The notes beneath the pieces are model-generated. The model did no database searches, was not told the origin of the DNA, and saw only the letters and a program-made list of their open reading frames with translations. DNA of 18,046 nt from Rotaria magnacalcarata (Eukaryota): positions 1 through 18,046 of the forward strand of contig CAJNOV010002229.1 in the NCBI GenBank assembly GCA_905261645.1, read 5' to 3'. The position numbers and the translations under genes are program-made. The stretch's first letter is position 1; every line of letters begins with the position of its first letter. Shown here one piece after another: positions 10,411-18,046 of the stretch.

Positions 10411-10497
10411 ATTATTCGATCAAAAGCTTTCCCTCGCGCAGAAGAACTTAAGGAAAAATTAAAAGAAAAATATTCGCGTGAATATGAATCAAAACAA
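10411..10497 (+). CDS. STAMBP: AMSH/STAMBP-like, coding exon 3
   Basis: The acceptor is actaatAG (ends at 10410). It encodes IIRSKAFPRAEELKEKLKEKYSREYESKQ, compared with human [25 protein letters not shown]. The donor is GTATTT at 10498. The upstream intron is 48 nt and phase 0. Confidence 0.75.
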
Positions 10498-10566
10498 GTA
10501 TTTAGAAAGAACAATGAGATTTTGATTTGATAGTAATGATTTTCTTCGTTTTTCTTTTTATTATAG

Positions 10567-10628
10567 AAGGCAATACAAGAAGAAGTAGCTAAAATTGCCG
10601 CTGTACCATTGGATAAACCAGCGACTAA
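10567..10628 (+). CDS. STAMBP: AMSH/STAMBP-like, coding exon 4 (ends mid-codon)
   Basis: The acceptor is ttattatAG (ends at 10566). It encodes KAIQEEVAKIAAVPLDKPAT plus AA, with donor GTAAGA at 10629. The frame stays consistent with exon 3. Sequence conservation here is low, so the call rests on splice signals and phase. Confidence 0.55.
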
Positions 10629-11011
10629 GTAAGAACAATTTTATTTTATTCAAAAAAAAAATAAAATTTTTCACTTATTATAGTTTCGATTGAGTTGCAA
10701 TTTTATTGATAAAGCAAAAAAAAATTCGAACCTTTTTCTTCTTGATAGCTGAAACTACTGTATACGTGTATTTCAAAGTTTTCGAAGATATTTTCTCTTT
10801 GAAAAGAAACATAAGTATAGTTCGAAGTACACATCATTCTTTGTAAGAATCAAAAGTATGCAAATGAAAATGCTATGTCACTTAGAAAGAGTAGCAAGTT
10901 TTGAATTTACATGAAACGATATGTCATAAAAACATATGACCTATTAAGGAAAAAGTGTAATATTTGATTTCGATTATTTATGGTAAGAATACCCATCGAT
11001 CTTGGTAAAAA

Positions 11012-11673
11012 CTAATAGTAACCCCCCCCCTCCCCCACCCGTAATAGAAGCTCCTCCCAGACTAGAAGTCCACCTGATTAGAAGTCCCTTGGGCTTCTAT
11101 TACTACAGTGGTAAATTTTCTTTTGTCTCTAAAATTTCACAGATTCTCGTAAAATTATTTGAACTTATCGCTAATAAATAGTCAAGATCATCATTGAAAT
11201 AATGACTCTCTTACAAGGGGCAAACAACTGATATCAGACTTTCTTATTTTCTTGATATTAAATCAATTAATTTAAAATTAGAAAAACTCAAAAAAAACAC
11301 TAATAAATTAAAAGTTTTAAAAACTAAAAAAATTAAATAAACTAAAAAATCAGAAAAAACAATAAAAAAAATTAAAATATGCAAAATTTTAACAAATTAT
11401 AGAAATCAAAACAACCTGTTTCAAGTTGTTTCAACATAAATTGATATTTTGGACAACAGAGATTAAAAATTTTATCACTTATGTTAGATCGAGTCATTGA
11501 TTTTTTAAAATTTTCCTGACTCTTTTGAGTATTTTTTTTTTGAAACTTCTGTACGAAAGTTGCATTAATAGCCCTCCCATAATAGAAGCCCCGTTAAAAA
11601 ATTTTGAACGCTGGTCAGTTTAGAAGCCCCCGGTGGCTTCTATTAGGGGGGAGGGGTGGGGGGTTATTCTAGT
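11012..11673. mobile_element. MITE-like element inside the STAMBP intron, with poly-C/poly-G termini, terminal hairpin modules and an A-rich core
   Basis: The left end ctaatagtaaccccccccctcccccacccgtaatagaag resembles the reverse complement of cttctattaggggggaggggtggggggttattctag at the right end. The left module is bounded by gtaatagaagc (11041-11051) and gcttctattac (11093-11103). The right module is bounded by aatagaagcc (11581-11590) and ggcttctatt (11635-11644). The interior (11270-11400) is low-complexity A-rich sequence with no ORF. Confidence 0.6.
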
Positions 11674-13048
11674 CAATCACAAGGAATACTGTTTACAGTC
11701 CGTTTTCGGACAATAATAATTTCAGTACACCGTACTAATTGGTATCTATCCGTATCGCAAACATACCATAGTTGGTCATTTCACCATGCATTACATGCAT
11801 TATGAAATCAAGTATATTTCATCTTATTATTACTGTACAATACCGGGGAGAAAGAAGGGTTCTTCTTCGTTTACACGTACTCTTAGTAGAGTTTCCGCTA
11901 GTTGTATTAGCTAAATCGCGACATAATTTGTCTGTGAATGTCAGATATTAATTGTAAAATTCTTTTTCTTGGTCTATTTTATTTAAACATTATCAGACAA
12001 AACTCAATAAAAGATAATAAATTTGTATTGCAAAGTTGATACAACGAAAAAAAACATTCTGTGTTAAATATTACTATGTAATGATTTTTCTTATAAGATT
12101 TTTTTACTAATTTTTACCTAGTATTCTTCTCAGCACGAATGAAGTATTTCAGATATTCATAAAAATTCGATCTGTTGATTTCTACTGTAGTTTAGCTGAT
12201 ATAATTTTGGCACTATTAAATGCGATGCTATCAAATAACATTCGGAAAAGAGAAATGAAGTCAGTTTTCGATCTCAGATTTATTTATTCCGTGTTGATCA
12301 AAATTTTCAAAGTATTGTGTAATAACATACAGCAGAACGCTATGATAAAACTCACAACTGGTGCGTTATTTACATAATTATATATATTTTTTATTTATTT
12401 CTTATGATTCTCACCCTTATATTTAATGATGTCATTTTCATTCAAAAATATGCCTCAAATTTTACCAGCACTTTTAAAACGAAAAGGGGAAAGCAAAAGA
12501 ATCTAGGTGTACATGTCTCGCAATGAAGAAATATAGAGATTTAGTGTGTTCAGAAAAATATTGTTAGTCCATCTAGGATATAGCGGATTGAGAATTCTTG
12601 GAATCTTCATTTTATGTATTTCGAAAGAAAATTTGTCGATTCAAATCAAATCCCACAGCATAGCAAACTATGAAGCTATGGAAATATATAACCGAAATAA
12701 GAATTTAAAAAAAACAATCATTAGAAGTACTTATAACAAGTAGGTACAAGGGTGAAGAATATCAAAGTGAGTAGATAATTGGAAGTAGCAACGTTCATAA
12801 TCACAACTACACCCATGGCGTCAAAATTATAAGGAAACGGTTCATGAAACGCATTCCTATCATACATTAAAACGTTCCAAGGCGTTTCTTGTGAGAAATA
12901 ATGCGTTTTACTTCGTTCCCAATAAAAAAAATGCATTTTGGAACGTTTTCTTTTCGAAACGACGCAAAACGCGTTGGTTATTGAAACGCATGTTGAAGTG
13001 TTTACAGGAAAAATAAATGTGGAAACTTCGGATTTCATCCGAGAGTTA

Positions 13049-13531
13049 TGTGTACTGCAAAAAGTACATGGGACATACGAGTCGTTCTAGAATGTCTGAA
13101 CACCAAAATTATTATGAGAAACTAGGCACTTTGGTTTCTGGATGCAGTTTTTGTGCATTTTGAGACCGCTTTCAGGCGATGTTTCGTTAGAAAGCTACGA
13201 TTTGGTTCAAAACTAATATCATATTCGGAATCAGCGCTAAAAATTGAGTCGATTTATATATGTTGTGAATAATTTTGAAAAAAAATTTGTTTTTTGAAAA
13301 AATGCTTTTACTCCCCCTCAGGGATGGTCTGGTTAACAATGACAATTTTTTCGATAACTCAGCCGTTACTTGACGGATCCTTCTCATCTTCGAATTCGAC
13401 TGAGACATTGATGAGACTGAACTGTGTAGAAAATTTCATCTCGATCTGACTCTCCTTTCGAAAGTTATCGTGTAAACGGTCGGACGGACACACTGACCGA
13501 TTCTAGAGTGTACTCACTTTTTGAGTACACA
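13049..13531. mobile_element. MITE-like element with ~17-bp terminal inverted repeats (TGTGTACTGCAAAAAGT / ACTTTTTGAGTACACA)
   Basis: The left end tgtgtactgcaaaaagtaca (13049-13068) matches the reverse complement of gtgtactcactttttgagtacaca (13508-13531), which reads tgtgtactcaaaaagtgagtacac, at 16 positions with one indel. The interior is non-coding. The block layout (gataactcag..., ...tttcatctcgat..., ...gacggacggacacac) resembles dipteran non-autonomous repeats as I remember them; this is unverified. Confidence 0.45.
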
Positions 13532-14118
13532 ATAACGTTGTGGAACAAGACTTCTGTTCGTTTTATCACAATGATGTAGAACAAATTCTAGAAAAGTATT
13601 TCACAGCATTTCACTTGTAAGAAATACTTGGCTAAGAAAATTTTCTTTGAGCTGTTTATTTATGACGAGGTATGAACAATCGGGAAAGATATCAGACTTG
13701 GATTTATTAACATGAATATCACTATAAATACTTTTTTTTACAAATAACGATGTTTCAAACGCTTCTTTCGTTTGTGACCAAAGCGAAGAGACTAGACAAA
13801 TACTGACAATGATGATAAATGTTTGCTTCTTAAGTAAATTAACTTGTCAGCATTGTGTTGCAGACAACGTTTACCTATATTTAAATTACAAACAATGTCA
13901 AAAGCAATAGAAAATATTTAAGTATAATGAAGACTCATTTATGGTTAAAAATCTAACGAAAATGGTAGTTAAGTTCTTTAAAATAATTATGCTCAAGCAG
14001 ATTGTCAGCATTATATTTCATTTTTGCAAGAAAATGTTAATTTTATGTATATTTAAATTTTTTTTAATGCATTTTATTAAGTTTAAATATGCATCAACAA
14101 TGTAAAATAATCATTTAT

Positions 14119-14715
14119 TTAAGAGCTTTCAAGTAGAGTTGGAAATCGAAAAAAGTAAATAAAATTGGGCGTCTCTTGATAATGAACTAGTTTTTCAATT
14201 ACATCTTCAGCTTTAAGAAATACACCACTTTCATCATTATTAATACTACCGATGCTAATATTTCGACATTGAAATTTTCGGTTGCCATGCGTGCAGTGTA
14301 AGTCTTCCTTGAATGCAACTTTTTTTATCTTAAAAAATGTTTTCTCATTGACAAGCAAAATATATTGGATGAATCCCACATATATTAATGTATTGAATCG
14401 ATAAAGAATACACGAGTCATCGTTTTGTTTTGTTTTTGCAAAGTGTCTTGTGGTAAATCTCGTTGTACCGACAAAAACTATGTGATAAAGTTGAACTTCG
14501 TCATATTGGAGCATTTCTTGGATATCCTTGTATTGACTGCCTTCGATTTCGTGTTTCATTCGTAATTTAATAATACTATGATGTCTACTTTTATCCATTG
14601 ATGTTCTACTCATGTTGATTCGTTTTTTGCTTTGAATTTGTTCCAATGTACTCTTCAGCTCATTGTTGAAATCATCTGCGAGAGTGTTTCGAGTAGCTAG
14701 ACGCAGTAGATTCAT
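14119..14715 (-). pseudogene. Transposase relic: C-terminal domain, the only long intact ORF (198 codons)
   Basis: The 198-codon open frame is not expected by chance in AT-rich DNA. It overlaps the upstream block by a 1-nt frame change at 14712-14715. ...LYHIVFVGTTRFTTRHFAKTKQNDDSCILYRF...YVGFIQYIL... fits the C-terminal pattern of animal members as I recall it. AATAAA overlaps the stop (taAATAAAtg). Confidence 0.55.
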
Positions 14716-15112
14716 TGTATTAGCAATTTCTTAGCATGACGCTTTGTACTATGCACAGTTGCTCGTAATATACCTAAAATAAATAGATAGACAGGTATAA
14801 AAAATGAGCAAACTATGTTACCAAGAACAGATACAAAATTATAGGTTGAATAATTTGATAGTTGACCATAGTTTTGAACACTTTGTGCAACATGATCAAT
14901 GCTATGTATCACTTGTTGGTTGTGACGATCGGTATACAATAGCGGATATTCATATAGAAAAGTATCAAAATAAATCGCGTTCAAATACATTATTCACTAG
15001 TGTAGAAGAAAGTACTCGTTGGACCTGATAAAAATTGAATGTCTTCAATATCTCCAGATCGCAGTGAACGAGATTCAGCAAGGCGCAGTGCAAACACAAG
15101 TAAAAGATAATT
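14712..15112 (-). pseudogene. Transposase relic: DUF4218-like region with the expected third catalytic position
   Basis: Two frames are involved. LFIKIIFYLCLHCALLNLVHCDLEILKTFNFYQVQRVLSS occupies 15110-14995. FDTFLYEYPLLYTDRHNQQVIHSIDHVAQSVQNYGQLSNYSTYNFVSVLGNI is track ORF 14712-14990. The family motif I recall as PFE(R/S) reads NFVS here, with the V codon at 14834-14832. Confidence 0.5.
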
Positions 15113-15832
15113 TTAATAAATAGTTGGGGTCAAATGATGTTTAAATACAGGCGCTGCAAAAAGTAAAATTAAACGACGCTCATTAGCTTTAAACCGATGA
15201 AATTTAACAAGTGGTCTTGGAGTTCTACTTGTTGTTGATGGGTATCGATAATGACTTAACGTTTTGCTTATGATAGTAAGTTTTGTAAAGCATGACCAAT
15301 TTGAACGTTTAAAATCTTCTGAAAACCACAATTTGAGCAATTTTTTTCTTAGAATAAAGAAAATAACATACAGTTGAAAATACAATAAATAGTGATCTTT
15401 TCAAGTTAATTGAATAGCGTAGTCGAAATTTCCGAATAATATAGAAAGAAATGAATGATACCTTGTTTCTTTAGAGCAGTCTGATTTGAACTATCTTCTA
15501 TAGAAGTAACTTACTAATTTTTATATGCTAGCAAATGAAATACTATGCATAATAAACGTTATTATCTCTATTTCATCTAATTCAAATAAAAGTATACTAA
15601 CCATAGCACCACCATAAAGATTATGAAGCGAGTCTGTAAGAAAAGACTCACCCACATCGAAATACTTTACTGAACGTAACGCACATTTTCCTAAATATCA
15701 TTTTCGTTGATCTTCTGTTGGACTATCCATTGTCATGATTTGATCGGTATTCTGCTTTATTATCAGTTTCTGACGACAATGGAAAAACGCGAATATGGTG
15801 ATTGATGCCTTCGCGACTAGAAACCGTGACTT
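15113..15832 (-). pseudogene. Transposase relic: second catalytic-Asp block and the KA-E-R block
   Basis: A single frame carries internal stops. ...GKCALRSVKYFDVGESFLTDSLHNLYGGAM has its D at 15634-15632 and H at 15625-15623. Downstream is ...YRYPSTTSRTPRPLVKFHRFKANERRLILLFAAPVFKHHL (track ORF 15113-15385). Confidence 0.55.
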
Positions 15833-16383
15833 CTAAAAAACAAGGAAATAACAACATCAGATTAGAAAATAATCATATATAATACCTAGACAATATGAAA
15901 AACAAATGAGTGAAGAAATTTTAATATGATAGAAAGAAGAAATTTTCTTTATATATAGACTGCATCAGAGCAATTTTTAAAAATACTCATTAAATAATCA
16001 GAGAATCAGAATTATGGTAAATGTTCATAAACAGATTTCATTGATTAGTTGTGAGCAAATCGAATCCTTGATTGAAAAAGCTTTTATTTAAAAAAGATTA
16101 ATTTTAAGTCATAAAGATTTGAGAACAACTAATATGTTCGTATATAATCATAATAATCTCAATGATGCATGATTTTAATCTATATGCACTTCAATGCTTT
16201 TTCTAACTGAATATTGGTCAATTTGTTTATCCAATATAGAACTAATTATCAATCAAAATCATTTTTTTCTCTTTTGGAGTTTTTCACAATCAAGATTCTC
16301 TCAAAAATGTAAGAGTATTGCATAGAAAATGTTTGGAAATTAGCATCATTCGATTTTTCCATAAAAATTCCTACGTTTCTTTC

Positions 16384-16706
16384 TCATAAGAAATCACTCG
16401 TACCCGGAATCTCGCAACGACCACAGCCTAACTTTGCAATAGGCGCTGGTGTATTCTATACTAATGCCTGTGCTGACTTATCACATGTTGCTCCAATTAA
16501 AAAGACTTTCAGTTCACGAATCGGTCTCCTAAAGCTCTAATGAAGTAAACATTTTCATTTTCTAATGACTGTAATTCATCAGTCATCGATTTAACCATAG
16601 CAAGTATTTGTTCTCTACTGGGCTTTTGAGGCCCTGGCCATATACCACCAAATATACAGTTCCGTAATTTATAACGATCAGATCGATTGATCTCGTTCAT
16701 GATGAA
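16384..16706 (-). pseudogene. Transposase relic: NLPP/PGPxKP block and the D-x-PA...CxxC block
   Basis: After the acceptor cttacAG (16708-16707) it reads FIMNEINRSDRYKLRNCIFGGIWPGPQKPSREQILAMVKSMTDELQSLENENVYFIRALGD. A 1-nt frame change near 16515 follows, then RELKVFLIGATCDKSAQALV, TAG, NTPAPIAKLGCGRCEIPGTSDFL, TGA. Confidence 0.65.
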
Positions 16707-16752
16707 CTGTAAGTTAAAAGGATCAGTTATATATTAATCATACAAATTAATT

Positions 16753-17320
16753 TTAATGGCAGCTTATAGTAAAAATCCAAAGGCTGTTGTCTGAACTTCC
16801 CGACATGGCTATTCCGTCAACATTCAACATGAGGGTTATAAAGTTTGATTTATCTTCATTTTCAGCAATTGACCGATACCAGTCTGCGTGTTGAATCTCA
16901 GGAATACGATCATTTGGTCACACAGGTGATTCGAAATGTAATACAAAATTACGTTCTGTTGCCAAAATGGATTGAATTTGATCCTTGATTGGAAATTTGA
17001 GAAAAATAGCAGATTGTAGTTCTCGATCATTTTGTTGACATTTTACATCATCGCACACATCTTTATAGACGTTATTGCATTGATGACAAATATGTAAAAT
17101 ATCTGGTTTCATATTATCTGATGCTTCACGTTCCACTAAACGTTTCACTGCTGCAAAGCTCTTTGGAGCATTGGGTACATGAAATAAGCGCAGTAGTCTG
17201 CAAATATCAGATACGGCCCTTGTTGTCAGTTTGTGTCGTACTTTGAGAATAATTAAAGTCGTTGCTATTTCTTTTTTTGTAAGATTTCTTTTGATCGATG
17301 GTTGACTTTCATATGTTATT
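16753..17320 (-). pseudogene. Transposase relic: N-terminal region through the first catalytic-Asp block
   Basis: The frame is open from the acceptor ttctttAG (17322-17321). It reads ...KKEIATTLIILKVRHKLTTRAVSDICRLLRLFHVPNAPKSF...ICHQCNNVY...FLKFPIKDQIQSIL...HFESPV, then TGA, then PNDRIPEIQHADWYRSIAENEDKSNFITLMLNVDGIAMSGSSDNSLWIFT. The GAC of the DG motif is at 16818-16816. Confidence 0.65.
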
Positions 17321-17761
17321 CTAAAGAAAAATGAATGATAAATGTGTTTGATAATAAAAAATGTACCAAGAAAAAAGCATAATACTAATAATTAAATTAA
17401 ACTTTTTTTATCAATAGTAACAGAACCTAGTGCTGAATTAGGTTGTAACAAAATTCACTGTCACTTTTATCAAGCAGCAGCTGTCATAAATTGAGAAATA
17501 ATTTTAATTACTGTGTATCAATTAATGTTTCAGATCCATTGTCATCAATCCCATCTGCAGCATTTTCCGTATCTGCTTGATCTCTTAATAAAAAATTTAT
17601 TTGGAGGTGTTTAAAAAGTAAGAATTGAAATTTTATACTTGACTTCATGCAAACTGATGGTTTCTATGTCATGATGTATTTCTTCCATCAGTTCATTTTC
17701 GTCTTCAGCTGAATAAAAAAATCTGATTATTATATTGAAGCAGTTTACATGAGATAATTAC

Positions 17762-17945
17762 CTAGGTCGGATAAAACGATCAGTAAACGGTCGTAAACGA
17801 CGGCAAAATGCGGTGGTCGTAACGGCTGATCGTTTTCGAATGATCGTATACGATATTGATACGGTGAAATACGATAGTATTTAGGATGATCGTATACGAA
17901 ACACCGTAAACGGCATCGTAACGGGCGCCATAAACGGTACGTATT
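17762..17945. repeat. CpG-dense array of short (G)TAAACGG / GTAACGG / CGTATACG motifs just upstream of the transposase relic
   Basis: I hand-counted 24 CpG in 17761-17941, against a CpG-poor AT-rich background. GTAAACG(G/A) occurs at 17783, 17793 and 17906, TAAACGG at 17931, and GTAACGG at 17819 and 17918, all in the same orientation. The exact 14-mer atgatcgtatacga occurs at 17840-17853 and 17886-17899. Confidence 0.6.
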
Positions 17946-18046
17946 TTTGTCGTATCTGTAGAATGCTGACAGCAGACGCATAAAACACAATTCAACCCAG
18001 GTCGAAGAGTACGGACCGGTTCCCACAGGAAAACACCGGAAATCAA

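Larger units (their letters stand above)
14119..17708 (-). pseudogene. Decayed En/Spm (CACTA, CMC superfamily) Transposase_21-like transposase gene
   Basis: Collinear minus-strand blocks follow the order I recall for the Pfam Transposase_21 / DUF4218 families: an N-terminal helical region plus CxxC, LNVDG...SLW, NxxN..GIWPGPQKPS..DELQSL, LIGATCD...GCGRCE, YFD..TDSLHN, RFKANERRLILL, H..DH....G......F(V)S, then a 198-codon C-terminal ORF. Disabling lesions are in-frame stops at 16920-16918 (TGA), 16458-16456 (TAG), 16386-16384 (TGA), 15700-15698 (TGA) and 15523-15521 (TAA), and frame changes near 16515, 15115, 14990 and 14713. The 5' mini-exons 17708-17639 and 17583-17512 and the exon starting at 17320 join in phase through GT-AG introns. 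Confidence 0.75.

Noticed and set aside
13719-13730. CACTATAAATAC as the CACTA terminus of the En/Spm-like element, lying about 400 bp beyond the transposase stop
   Set aside because: The pentamer CACTA is too short to be meaningful alone. The matching end lies outside the window and no target-site duplication can be tested. The alternative candidate at 12802 is equally unproven and is discussed only as a hypothesis.
16918-16920. The in-frame TGA as selenocysteine or programmed readthrough
   Set aside because: The same gene carries several further in-frame stops of all three kinds and multiple frame changes, so simple decay explains it.
1-18046. A prokaryotic-style novel system (defence island, CRISPR array, operon)
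   Set aside because: The window is eukaryotic. The genes are split by short GT-AG introns, the two recognisable host genes (VMP1, AMSH/STAMBP) are eukaryote-specific, the long non-coding stretches are AT-rich, and there are no direct-repeat/spacer arrays or tightly packed co-oriented ORFs.
17745-18046. Two overlapping minus-strand ORFs (93 and 88 codons) as real coding sequence, i.e. an N-terminal extension of the transposase
   Set aside because: Both frames are open because the CG-rich motif array is poor in stop codons. The peptides are Arg/Tyr-rich motif echoes of the DNA repeats. The 93-codon frame is splice-compatible with the next exon (donor at 17761-17760). An in-frame ATG in exon 2 (17688-17686, MEEIHHD...) is at least as plausible a start, so this region is better treated as 5' UTR or subterminal repeats.

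Overview
AT-rich eukaryotic nuclear DNA of invertebrate-metazoan type, with short (about 50-70 nt) GT-AG introns. It is not a prokaryotic locus. Two host genes sit head to head. One is a complete two-exon VMP1 gene (vacuole membrane protein 1) on the minus strand (6572-7970). The other is the first four coding exons of an AMSH/STAMBP-like deubiquitinase on the plus strand (10030-10628); I could not find its catalytic exons in the remaining 7.4 kb. The rest is repeat and transposon landscape. It holds a ~1.5-kb foldback inverted repeat (1423-2944) and three MITE-like elements (3125-3500; 11012-11673 inside the STAMBP intron; 13049-13531). It also holds a heavily decayed but recognisable En/Spm (CACTA) Transposase_21-like transposase gene on the minus strand (14119-17708) that still has phase-consistent mini-introns, and a CpG-dense short-motif array (17762-17945). 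I saw no rRNA, tRNA, CRISPR array or operon-like cluster, and no evidence for a novel multi-gene system. The most unusual items are the diverged long hairpin and the architecture of the transposon ends. All homology statements come from remembered family motifs, not from searches.
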